64,000 bases of DNA from the human T2T-CHM13v2.0 reference genome, Homo sapiens. The notes under the pieces are model-generated. The model was not told where the DNA came from. It saw only the letters and a program-made list of their open reading frames with translations, and did no database searches. Position 1 is the first letter of the stretch. Every line of letters starts with the position of its first letter. The position numbers were made by a program, and so were the translations under genes. Shown piece by piece: positions 1 to 11,480 of this stretch. The stretch is taken from assembly GCF_009914755.1 (NCBI RefSeq), contig NC_060930.1; one strand, written 5' to 3'.

Positions 1-249
1 TGGTAGGCACGTACCTTAAAAAGTTCCCTTGACTTGAATAGGCCTTTTTTAGAGAGGAAATGTAGACTTTGGTTTAATCCACAATCTTGGCCCTCCATTT
101 TTTAGGGTTTAGGTGAGTGTGGCGGGCTCTGCCGGAGCGTGTACACCAATGTGATGGATTCCACAGGAGTGTGTACGCGGGCGTGGCGGGCTCTGGGGGA
201 ACGTGTACGCAGGCGTGGGGGCTAATGTCTATAAGGGCGCGGTGGAGGG

Positions 250-490
250 GGGGCCCTGCGGGAGCGTGTACGTGAGCGCGGCGGGAGCGTGTACGTGAGC
301 GCGGCGGGCCCTGCGGGAGCGTGTACGTGAGCGTGGCGGGCCCTGCGGGAGCGTGTACGCGGGGGTGGTGGGCCCTGCGGGAGCGTGTACGCAGGGGTGG
401 CGGGCCCTGCGGGAGCGTGTACGTGAGCGCGGCGGGCCCTGCGGGAGCGTGTACGTGAGCGGGGCGGGCCCTGCGGGAGCAAGTACGCAG
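250..490. repeat. CpG-rich minisatellite, 32-bp unit (GCGGGAGCGTGTACGTGAGCGCGGCGGGCCCT), ~7 copies plus degenerate copies back to ~115
   Basis: GTGTAC anchors at 321, 353, 385 give period 32; the overlapping ORFs are repetitive. Confidence 0.9.
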
Positions 491-832
491 GTGTGGGGTT
501 TGGGGGACTTTGCGGGAGAGGCTCCAGAGGAGACACTGCCAGGTCTCTGCTGGAGGGAGATGACCACTTTAGCCCGGAAAATAGACTGGACATGCAAGAA
601 ACAACACGAAAAACATGGCGTACCAGCTCGGCCATGAGCGCCGGTGGGTGCAGTGGGGAGAGGAACTGCTTGAGGTGGACCCGCTCTCCAGGGAGTCCTC
701 CTTCCGGCTGCGGAGGCCTGAGCCGGGTGTGGAGAATTGCGCTCTGCTTGTCCAGCAGGAGGGAGGCCGTTCTCCTCAGGCAGATAAAGAGAGGTAAGCT
801 GCCAGGTTTTCAGCCTGGGAATTTTCCTTTTT

Positions 833-945
833 AACATTTTTAATTGTGGTAAAAATCACAGCGTATAAAATAATAGGAAATTTCCCACCTTAACCATTTT
901 TAAGTGTCCCGGTCAGTAGTGTTAAGTCCATTTACATCATTGTGA
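833..945 (-). mobile_element. Old L1 (L1M-type) 3' end fragment
   Basis: TTTTAATTGTGGTAAAA...TTAACCATTTTTAAGTGT...CAGTAGTGTTAAGT resembles the reverse complement of an L1M 3' UTR. Confidence 0.6.
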
Positions 946-3900
946 ATATTTTGCTTTTCCTAACACAAGAGGTTTGTAGAGAGGAGCTGCTACGGCAGCT
1001 TTTTCTTCCTTTTTTTAAAAAAACTTTGCTAACAGTGGACCTAGACCGAGAAACCCTAGGCCTGGGTAGTGGCCCCGGTCTGGCAGGGATCGGCTGTGCA
1101 GGGCGAGTGAAACCGTGCTCCCGTCTCTGTGCGCTCCCGTCCACGGGGTTCCACACACCCCTCCTCTTTCAGAAACACCGCGGGGTCTGTCCGACAGACG
1201 TCAGGGAGCCCAGGGTATAAAACTCCTTCCCTTCTTCGGGTGGCCTCTTCCTCCCTGATCTACAGCGGGCTCCTTCCAGGCGTCTTTATGTGCAGGTTGG
1301 GAGAAGGAAAGAGATGGATGAATTCTTGACCACCCTGCAGAAGTTTTCTGAGAACTGACTTCTTGGGGTCAGAAATGCCCAAGCTCCGGTCTGTGTGCCT
1401 CAACGGCCACCGAAGCTGCTTCTGGGGAAAGTCTGCCTTACTTGACTCTGTAAACCAGGTCCTTTAAAATATCCCGCGCTCGTTTTTACCAGCGCTGAAT
1501 AAGACCTGTGAGGCCTTTCCACCCTTGTAAAATCAACTGGACTTACTTACGGTCCTGAAGATGCATCATCAGTGTTTGGGGGAAAACGATGAATCTGTAG
1601 CCCTTTGGTGGTTATAGAAAAAGATCATGTCCACAAATAAACCAGGCCAGTCTTAGGAATAACCCAGACATTCTTCAGAAGCATATGCAATCTAAATAAT
1701 TTGGCCGTACCACTTAAAACTTATGTTGTAGAGCAGAGACTGTTTTTTAAATACCCTCTCCCATGACTCAAAAATAAAACACAATTTTGTTCAGTCTTAA
1801 ACAGTCACACAAAATCACCTTTCTGGGACAAAAAACCACCAAAACAAAACACAAGACTAAATAGTTTCAGCCAAAAAGTTTTCAGAAAGTTATGAGTCAC
1901 TGAATATAGGATTATAATGAGCGTCTGTGAGTAAACTTAACTAAAGCACAGATTCTATTTTGTATGTGGGAAGTCACACACACAAAGAGAGACTAGAGAT
2001 ACTACGGACCCACTGTGTAGGGCTCTGTTTATCTTGGCATGTCCGCATTGTACTCCTGGCGTTGCCAATTCACGTCTGTTCCTTAAAGACCCGGCTCAAA
2101 ATTCAGCTGCTTCAAAAGCCTCCCCTGATTAATCAACCTCGCCCAAATCTATTCATCCCCCTGCACACCCTAAGTGATATGTTTCTTTTTTTTCTTTACT
2201 ATATCACTCACAGTTGCTGACATATTGTCATGTAAACATTTTCTTGTGCGCTCACAAGAAGTTGGAACTTTAATCATTCTCAGGCTCCTCTTTAATTTCT
2301 TCCATGCCTTTCCCACCGTGACCTGACTGCTCTGCCTACAGCAAGTACTTAACGGAGACACACGGCAGCATGGAGACGGGGGGGTCACCCCACGACCGTT
2401 GGAGCAGCTGTGGTCTTTCCACTAAGAAGTAAAGTTTGCATCTGGTCCACACCACTGTGCTCTGAATATCAGAAATGGGAAGCGGCGCCCAATGCTTCCA
2501 GTGAGGCAAGAACAAGTCACAGCAGCACAACATCTGCAGCTGGAGAGGGGATCAGCCTTTTCCAGAACATTCCCCTCCTGAGCCAAGGGGACAGTGTAGT
2601 GGAAACCAGACTCACTTCTCCCTGAGGTAGGAAGGGGGAATGAGGGTGGAGGGCTGGGAGGTGCCGCGTGACCACCCAAAGAAAGGTCTCAAGGTCAGGG
2701 AATCCTGGAGCAGGGTGCTTCCTCTTCAGAGTGTGGGATTTTAAAAGCCCAAAGGAGAACTTAGACCCAAGGTGGGAGCTCCAGCTTGCTCTTCCTGCCT
2801 TGATGGTCTTGCCTTTCCCTTTGGATGGGGTGGCGCACCTTGTGGTCTGTGCTCAGAAAGGGTTAAGTCTCGCCCCCAGCCCCGGGATCTGTCAGCCTTG
2901 GCGCTGAAGCTTCCTGTGGGGAGACTGACACCCTGGAGCGGACCAGAGCCTGGCGCCCCAAGAGAGACGGCACAGACTCCCTAGAGGGACGGCGTGTGGT
3001 CACCAGGGATGGAAAGGAGTCGGCCTTTACTGGGCAGTGACCATGCGCTGGGCCAGGGGCAGGGATCACATCTCAGCTCCATGTCGCCGCTTCAAGACAG
3101 GTGCGATCGTCTCTGTTTTATAGAAAAGGAAACTGAGTCTCTGTGGGCCTGGTCCTAACCCAGTCACACGCAAGCATTCATGCCTGCGTGAAGTGTGTCT
3201 GGCTTCACCCTGCCCCGCCAAGTGGCCTCAGAGAGAGGGGACCCACAGCTGGAGGCTGGGACCCCACGCGGACTTCCCGTCCCAGCTTGGCACCTGTACA
3301 CTATGCACATGGGTGCTCTTGCCACAGATGCAGGAGGACAGAGGACGGGTAGTGGAGCTGGTGGACCGAGCTCTGAGATGCTGGGGCTCACACACGCTGG
3401 GCAGGCCTCTCAGAACACACAGCCCACATGCCTGCCTGCCTGCCCAGCCACGGCCCCCGCACCGACAGAGCACCCCCAGACACCCTGTTCACACCTTGGA
3501 CCCATTCCTGGACCCCCTGGATGTTTCTGGCAGCTCCCCAGGCAGCGATGCCACATGCGTCCTGCTCTGGAATTCCATTATGAGCTCCCAGTGAAGACCA
3601 AGTACACCTTTATAATAAAAATACCACCCTTTGTTGGCACACGAACTCTCCATTAGATATTTATCAAATGTTTAAAAAGTTGGCCCAGAACCACACACGC
3701 TTTACCACGAGTCTCCTTGGTAGCTGGAGGAAAGCAAGGCCATCGAAGGTGGAGCCTGGGGTGCCTCCATCCAAGCCCTCATCTTGCAGACAGGCGGCTC
3801 TCCTGGGCTCACCTGTGAGCCCACACGCAGAGCCACCTGCGGCGTTTGCGCAGAGCCTCTGCGGCCACCAGGAAGTCACACAGCCCTTGGTGGGTCCGCA

Positions 3901-5379
3901 GTGGATCAGCACAGACACGGCTGCACCTGAGATTCAGAAGAACGGGCGGACGGTGCTTTCCTGCATGTGTAAGAGGAATTCATGGGGCGAATAACCCAAC
4001 AGAGGTAAACATTAGGGGCTGAAGTGACTTAAGCATATTAAAATGTAGTTTTTCTATTTAAGCTGGTTTCTCCATCACTAGCTCCATCACCCCATCCATC
4101 TATCTGCCTCCATCACCGCATCCATCTGTCTGTAGACAAAGAGAGGTGTTACTCAATGCCCAGGAGTAATTTAGCATTTAGTTTTGAAGGGTGCCATGAA
4201 AACAGAGATGCCGAGTGTTGCCAAAGACTCGGGCCCATTTGCCCTGAAGCCTGCGCTGGAGCTCCACTTCTCAGCTCCTGGCCTGGCTGAGTGTGCGCCA
4301 CGGGCACTCCTGGTGTTCCAGGGAACTGTGGAGGCCACTGGGAAGGAAGCTGTTTATTGGCATCATCTTGGATTCACTGAAGAAAGCCTCATGTCACAAC
4401 CTCTGGCTGTTGCTAGCTGCGCTGGGTGTTGAAAGGACAGAGGCAGGGGGCGCCCCGGGGCAGCCAGGGGCCTTGTGGCATAGTCTTCCCCAGGAAGAAG
4501 CAAAGGAGAGCATCAGATCACTCTAAAACCCTAGTGCAAACACACGGGCTGCCGCAGTGTAGACAGCCGGACTGTGCTGGCCTGTAGCCAGGCCTGTGGC
4601 TTGCTCCCGCCACCGGGCTCAGCTGTGTGGACACAGCAAGCTCTCAGTATACAATCGGCACTCATGAATCCTGTCTTTCTCATCCTAAATGCCCATCAAT
4701 TTTGTAAAGCAACCTTACTTGAAGTCATGTCAAAAGCTGTGCACGTCCCAGGTGGGCTGAAGAAGAGGCAAAATTGGCGTAAAAGGAGCCAAGAATTCTC
4801 CATTTGTTGATGAAAGGTAAAATTGTCCACCTGGCACGTGCTGCCTGGCTGACCAAGAGTGAAGAAATGTTTTTTTCTGGCTTTTTTTCTAAATGCATTT
4901 GCTATGCTAGGCTGAAACAGAAATGCTATTCACATCTGGTGGAGCAGACCTTATTTCCACTCTCTGGACATGCTCCGAAGCGCGGGCTGAAGTAGATCAA
5001 GTCCCCAGGGAGCTCAAGCCTGATTCCAAGGAGATTGCCAATATTTTAGGAGGGAGTAAACATTTTCTGAAGTTTTTTGTTGTCTAAAGCCAAAAAATGC
5101 ACTTGCGCCTCCTGAGAGGACAAAGAGGAAGAGAGACGGGGAGAGGGGACAAAGGAGCAGAGACGGACAGCAAATTCACGCAGAGGAGGGAAGGTGGGGG
5201 ATGCCAGGCCCCTCTGGGTGAGTCGAAGATCTCCACCAGAGGCTCATTTCAAAGGGGAAGGCGGCACCTTTATTTTCAAAAGAGGCACCGCTCCTGGCTT
5301 CCTGTGAGCTCCACTTCTACCGTAGTTAGAGGAGGAGGGTTTGATGGGGCTCAGGGTCATGGCCGAGGCTCTCCAGCCT

Positions 5380-5900
5380 GTGTGGATGAATGCACTCGCA
5401 GATCTCATCTCTCCGCTGCTCCCTCCCCAGCCTGATGTCCAGCCCTGCCCTTGCACTCTAGTCTCATACGCTATTGCTCACTTGGCATCTCAAATGACAG
5501 TTGCCCAAAACATAATTCCAGCTTCTCCTTCCAGATTTGTTTCATCTCCCTTCTGTCTCACTGAAGGACAGCCCCACCCACTCAGCCGCCTAAGCCAGAA
5601 CCCCATGTGCCGTGCACCAGTTCTTCCTCTCACTTGTCTGCTTAGTTAAATCCTCAGCGACCCTTGCTAACAGCACCTTGGAGGCTCTCTCAGGTGTGTC
5701 CACTTGCCTTTCTTTCTCCCCTCCTGGGTCTTCACCCATGCAATCACCAGATTGTGCCTGGAAGACAAATAAATGCACCTCCCTAGTTGACTCCTGCTTG
5801 GACCCCCAAGGACCCAGCACCCAGGGTGAGCATGTAACTCAGAGCAGAGCTGAGGGTGGCCATGCTGCACAGAGCTCGCGTGCACCCTCCCTGCCCAGGC
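5380..5900 (+). mobile_element. Degenerate L2 fragment
   Basis: Pyrimidine-rich motifs (GGCATCTCAAA, CCACCCACTCAG..AAGCCAGAACC, CTCCCTAGTTGACTCC) resemble the L2 body; boundaries approximate. Confidence 0.4.
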
Positions 5901-5982
5901 TCCCCAGGGCCTGGGCTGGCTGTTCTCCCTCCACTCCCCCGTCCCACTGCCCTCCTCCAGGCCTGTCACGCTCAGCTGTGCT

Positions 5983-6178
5983 GGCAGTGGGTTAGCATAA
6001 ATCTTTAGCAATGGCTTTCTGGGGAAAAAAAGGCCTGAGGTTTGTAGCATTCACAAATTCCTGTACTCGTACTTCCCTCCAGACTGATTTCAAGCTAACC
6101 ACTGGCTGACAAAATTCCTGCAAATGTAACTGTCAGCTCTTGGAAGCCGGGACGGCAGCTTTGGCATCTTGTCACTGA
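5983..6178 (+). mobile_element. MER63A-like hAT-Blackjack non-autonomous DNA transposon
   Basis: CTGGGGAAAAAAAGGCCTGA..TTTGTAGC, GATTTCAAGCTA, CAAAATTCCTGCAAAT..AGCTCTTGGAAGCCGG match the recalled MER63A consensus. Confidence 0.65.
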
Positions 6179-6295
6179 CTGTGCTTTCCTTAGAGGATGG
6201 TGAAGGAGCTCCTTAACAGGGTGGGTGCAAAGGAGCTCACCAGGTCCGTGCTGCAAAGTCAGATTCGGGCCTTTGTCTCTTAACGCGTATGCAAC
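6051..6295 (+). repeat. Inverted repeat arm A (pairs with 7475-7736)
   Basis: Perfect reverse-complement blocks 6082-6107/7681-7706 (26 nt) and 6129-6156/7632-7659 (28 nt); ORF-track peptides 6095..6484(-) and 7486..7698(+) share PNLTLQHxPGELLxTHPV. Confidence 0.95.
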
Positions 6296-6515
6296 ATTGA
6301 TGATGATCGAAAGAGAAAAAATTGAACACAAAGATTTGCCTGGGTAAACATCAAATGGCATACCAGAAAGAAGTGAATTTTGCCCCATTTTTAGCTGCAT
6401 TTTCTCTCCCTTAGAGCAAACTTCCCAACTCAGAGGGGCAGACAGAGGGGCAGAACAGGGGCAGGGGACGTATCCCTCCACCATTGGATGACGGCTATTG
6501 TCTTATTCACAGCAG

Positions 6516-6549
6516 ATTGCTTCTCGGCCTTTTGGCTAAGATCAAGTGT
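6516..6549 (+). pseudogene. 3'-truncated U2 snRNA retropseudogene (U2 nt 1-34) with 16-bp target-site duplication
   Basis: ATTGCTTCTCGGCCTTTTGGCTAAGATCAAGTGT matches the U2 5' end at 33/34; flanked by GTCTTATTCACAGCAG (6500-6515) and GTCTTATTCACAGGAG (6550-6565). Confidence 0.93.
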
Positions 6550-7474
6550 GTCTTATTCACAGGAGGACGTGTTTCTTGTGTGACCTTTGGGAAGTGAACC
6601 CTTGGAACAGCGTACTTTCTAACATGTCCCCCATCAACACCGGGACGTGGTTATTGTGTAGACTGGTAGGGGCCCTCCATCCTCAGTGTTAAGACTATAG
6701 GGCTGGGGAAGGGGGAGAGAGGGGAAGGCTGACAAATCAAGGGGTCAGATGAGACAGGCCTGGGGCCCAAGGCCTGAGGCACCCCCTTCCTGTGCTACCC
6801 TAGGGCTCCAGCACCCAGTCTCTCCTTCCCCTGCCTCTTCCCCGGCTCTGCCAAGCTTTAGGACCACTTGGCCTCGCTTGTAAGGGACTGCTGAGCCCTC
6901 AGTTGCCCCTGTTGCAGGAAGCACCTTGGGGGCTGGCCCCTCTCTGTGTGGCCTCGTGGGTATCTATCCACCCCTCTCTGTATAAAACAAAGAATGAGAG
7001 GTGGGAGGCGGGGTTGCCGTTCCTAGCAGGGGTAGCGTGCCTTCTGCATTACGAGGCCAGTGGCATATAATAGTTCGTGTTTGCGACTCTATCACAATAG
7101 TCAAATCTATTCACAGACAATTAGCCCACATATGCTTCTCTGCCTGGAATATCCTCCCTCCCTTATCCACCTGGAAACTTCTGCTCATCCTTAATCCTCA
7201 GCTCCAATGTCAGCTGGAGGGGTCACCCTCTACCCTGGCCCCTGAAGGGCGTCCAGTACCCTCCTCTCTGCAATGCACTCAGATCCCCAATTTACCTACT
7301 TTCTAGCCCTATACTCTTAAGACTTGGAGGATGCAGGGCCCCATCGGCCTACACCATAATCCAGTCCCAGTGTCTGTCTGGGACTTGTCAGAAAGTACAC
7401 CATTCCAGGGGTCCCTTTCCCAAAGGCTGTGTAAGAGGACACATGAGCAGACGTGAGCAGATGGGCGCACTGAC

Positions 7475-7736
7475 GTTGCATATACGTGAAGACAAAGGCC
7501 CCGAATCTGACTTTGCAGCATTGGCCTGGTGAGCTCCTTTCCACCCACCCTGTTGATGATCTCCTCCACCCTCCTCTAAGGAAAGCGCCGTCAGTGACAA
7601 GTTGTGAAGCACAGTCAGGATGGCCACAGCAGCCGTCCCGGCTTCCAAGAGCTGACAGTGACATTTGCAGGAATGTCATGAGCCAGTGGTTAGCTTGAAA
7701 TCAGTCATGAGGGGAGTATGAGTACAGAAGTTGTGA
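7475..7736 (-). repeat. Inverted repeat arm B (pairs with 6051-6295), carrying a partial second MER63A copy
   Basis: Reverse complement aligns to arm A at roughly 85% by eye, with a ~17-nt indel. Confidence 0.95.
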
Positions 7737-7826
7737 TTTTTAGCAGAGATGAGGCCTTTCTATGTTGCCCAGGCTAGTCTCCAACTCCTGAGCTCAAGCA
7801 ATCCTCCCAGCTCAGCCTCCCGAAGT
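7737..7826 (-). mobile_element. Alu monomer fragment (AluJ/FLAM-like)
   Basis: TTTTTAGCAGAGATG..CTATGTTGCCCAGGCTAGTCTCCAACTCCTGAGCTCAAGCAATCCTCCC..CTCAGCCTCCCGAAGT. Confidence 0.8.
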
Positions 7827-8302
7827 CACAGCAGTGCTCCTGCTGGAGACGCTCCATCCAGAATTCTCCAAACCTTGGAGGCTGAGACTTTATATCTCCC
7901 CTAGTGATTTATTCGTACTTCATTAATTCTACAAATAGATTTTGAGTGTCCACGACGTTGCCCCCGCTGCTGGGGACACAGAGTGGGTCATACCAAGGGA
8001 CCTCCCCCTTGCACATGGGGCTGATGTTGTGGCTCGCCTGCCGTTTACTTGTGTGCCCCGCCCCCCACCCCCACAAGCCACACAGTTGCTCGGTGTTTCT
8101 TGCAGAGTCTACCTTAAAGTCCCTTTGTCCTAAATGAAGATGCCTCGCTCGGCCCAGGTGCACTGAGTCACAGCCGCCTGCACGATGCCTCCCAGGGGCT
8201 GAGGCTTTTCATCAGTATCCACATTGGTCTCATACAGACCAGGAGTTAAGGGCCATCTGTCTAAGGATTCAGAGAAACAGGAAAAATACTCATGAAAAGA
8301 TA

Positions 8303-10125
8303 CTTTTTTTTTCTTTTTTCCAGTTTTATGGAAGTATAATTGACAAATAGAAATTATATATATTTAAGGCATACAACATGATGTTTTGATATGTGTATAA
8401 ATTGTGAAATGATTGCTGCAATCAAGCTAATTAAAACATCTATCATCTCATATAATTATCTTTTTGTGTGTGTTGAGCACATCTGAGATCTACTCTGTTG
8501 GCAAATTTCAGCTATATAGTACACTGCTATTAACTACAGTAATCACACTGTACATAAGATTCCCAGAATTATTCAGCCTGCATAAATGAAAGTTTGTCTC
8601 CATTGACTAACTCCTCCCTAGTCCCCCCAGCGCCCTGGCCAGCCGCTGGTAGCCACCATTCTATTCTCGTCTTCAGTGAGTTTGGCTTTTTCAGGTTCCA
8701 CAAATACATGAGATCGTGCAGTGTTTATCCTTCTGTAACTGGCTTATTTTCCTTAGCGTTATATCCTCTAGTTCCATCCACGTTGTCACAAATGACAGGA
8801 TTTCTTTCTTTTTAAAAGCTGGATAATATTCTATTGTGTTTGTACACAACATTTCCTTTACCCATTTATCTTTGGACACTTAGGTTGCTTCTATATCTTG
8901 GCTATTGTGAATAATGCTGCAATAAATATGAGAGTGCTGGTATTTCTTCAAGACACTGATTTCTTCTCCTTTGAATATATCCTCCTAAGTAGGATTGCTG
9001 GATCATATGGTAATTCTATTTTAAATTTGTTGAGGTACCTCCATACTCTTTTCCATGATGGCTGTACTAGTTTACATTCCCACCAATAGTGTGCTGGGCT
9101 CTCTTTTCTCCACATCCTCCCCAATGCATAGCTTTTTCATCATAGCCATCCTAACAGGTGTGGGGGCAGTAGCTTGGTGTGGTTTTGACACGTACTTCCC
9201 TGATGATTAATGATGTTGAGAGTTATTTTCAAATGCCTGTTGGCTATTTGTATGTCTTCTTTTGTGAAATATCTATTCAGGTCGGTAGCCCATTTTTAAA
9301 TTATTTGTTTTCTTCCTGTAGTTTAAGTTCCCTACGTATTTTAGATATTAACCCCTTATTAGGTTAATTAGGTATAGTTTACAAATATTCCCTCTCATTC
9401 CATGGGCTGCCTCTTCACTCTGTTGATTGTTTCCTTTGCTGTGAAGAAGCTTTTCAGTTTGGTCCCATTTGTATATCCTTACTTTAGTTGACTGTGCTTT
9501 TGGAGTCATATCCAAAAATTGATTGCCAAGACCTACATCAAGAAGCTTTTCCTTATGTTTTCTGCTAGTAGTTTCACAGTTTCAGGTCTTACATTTAAGT
9601 CTTCAATCTATTTTGAGTTGATTTTTGTATATGATGTGATATGAGTCCAATTTTATTCTGCATGTGGATATCCAGTTTTTCCAACACCATTTATTTGAAG
9701 AGACTCTCCTTTCCCCAAGGTGTGTTCTTGGCACCTTTGTTGAAGTTCAGTTTATTACTTTCCTCTCTATTATATTCCACTGGTTTGTGTCTGGTTTTAT
9801 GCCAGTATCATACTGTTTTGATTATGAAAGCTTTGTGGTATATTGTAAAATCAGGAAATGTGATGCTTCTAGCTTTATTCTTTTTTCTCAAGATTGCTTT
9901 GGCTATTTGAAGTCTTTTATGGTTCCATATGAGTTTTAGGATTTTTTTTCTATTTCTGTGAAAAATGTCACTGGAATTTTGATAAAGATTGTCTTGAATC
10001 TATAGATTACTCTAGATAGTATTGGCATTTTAACAATGTTTATTCCAGTGCATAAAAATTGAATATCTTTCCATTTATTATCTTCAATTTCTTTTATGAG
10101 TATTTTATAGTTTCCAGTGTACAGA
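8303..10125 (-). mobile_element. L1MA-type LINE-1 3' portion (ORF2 end plus 3' UTR), decayed
   Basis: Poly-T tail, then GTATAATTGACAAAT..ATCAAGCTAATTAA; the minus-strand ORF 8691..8879 ([16 protein letters not shown]) is the L1 ORF2 C-terminus. Confidence 0.9.
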
Positions 10126-10191
10126 GAAAGATATATTTTTTCTTAAAATAACTCTTTTGAGAAGTGGTGATGGTATCATGACTGTATTTGA

Positions 10192-10510
<319 letters not shown>

Positions 10511-10882
10511 CGTGAACCTTTTAAGAAAGGCAAATGACTATGTCATACAAAAGGGTTGAGAGACACCCAACAAAAAAGAAAAGAACTTATTAAGCAACCA
10601 AGTTGAATAAAAAAGTCTTTAGTCCACAATGAAACATTTGAGCAGATGACTAATTTCTACATCAGGATTTGATATAAAATTAATAAGTATTATAGCTAAT
10701 AATATAATTGTAATTAATATAATTAATAATTATAGTTAAGATAAAATCAGTTTTTTTTTATTTTAAGTAGTATATGTACATAGTATAAACATTAAAGAGA
10801 CACAATGGGTAAGTAGTAAAAAGCCTCTCATTCCGTGGATCATGCTTTTGGTGTTAAATCTAAGACTCTTTGCTTATCCTTA

Positions 10883-11276
10883 TGTTTTCATCTACAAGGG
10901 CTGCCATAACAACATACCACAGCCTGGGCAGCTTAAACAATAGAAATTAATTTCCCACAGTTCTGGAGGCTAGAAATCCAAGACCAAAGTGCCGGCAGGG
11001 TTGGTTTCTGGTGAGGTGTCTCTTTCAGGCTCATGGATGGCTGCATTATCAATGTCCTCACATGGCCTTTCCTCTGTGTGTGTGTGTTATGGGAGGAGAG
11101 AGTACTCTGGTGTCTCTTCCTCTTCTTATAAAGACATCAATCCTATCAGATCAGGGCCCCACCCTTATGATCGCATTTAACTTTATTCTATCTCCTATCT
11201 CCAAATACAATTACATTGGAGTTTAGGTCTTCAACACATGAATTTAAAGGAGGGGAGCACAATTCAGTTCATAATA
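10883..11276 (-). mobile_element. MLT1A-type MaLR solo LTR
   Basis: AGGGCTGCCATAACAA..CTTAAACAATAGAAATT..CACAGTTCTGGAGGCTAG..TCAGGGCCCCACCCTTATGA..CACAATTCAG. Confidence 0.85.
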
Positions 11277-11344
11277 TCCTAATTCTAAAATATATTATTC
11301 TATGTTTTTTCTAAAAGTTCCATAGCTTTAGGTTTTACATTTAA

Positions 11345-11480
11345 CCCATTTATACCCAAGGTTGCAATTTTTTGAATTTTTGCAATCAGACCTTGGCGAT
11401 GACGATGACCTTGAGCAGTAGGATATAAATAACTCCCACGTGCTTAGTGTTCTGATAATGGAACACTAGGCATAAATGGG
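11345..11480 (-). mobile_element. MER85 piggyBac (PGBD3-family) MITE
   Basis: TTAA|CCCATTTATACCC ... AGGCATAAATGGG|CTAA termini; internal GTTGCAATTTTTTGAATTTTTGCAATCAGACCTTGGCGATGAC and TTGAGCAGTAGGATATAAATAACTCCCAC match MER85. Confidence 0.92.

Noticed and set aside
4438-4455. CTCF-like GGCAGGGGGCGC motif (and similar partial matches at ~27790 and ~41270)
   Set aside because: Mismatches at the 5' consensus positions; cannot be distinguished from GC-rich background without ChIP data.
6516-6549. Functional U2 snRNA gene
   Set aside because: Only 34 nt of a ~190-nt RNA; no Sm site or 3' box; TSDs indicate retroposition.
6095-7698. Two similar peptides (PNLTLQHxPGELL..) as a paralogous gene pair or toxin-antitoxin-like system
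   Set aside because: The similarity only reflects the inverted DNA duplication; the frames diverge at an indel and run into transposon sequence.
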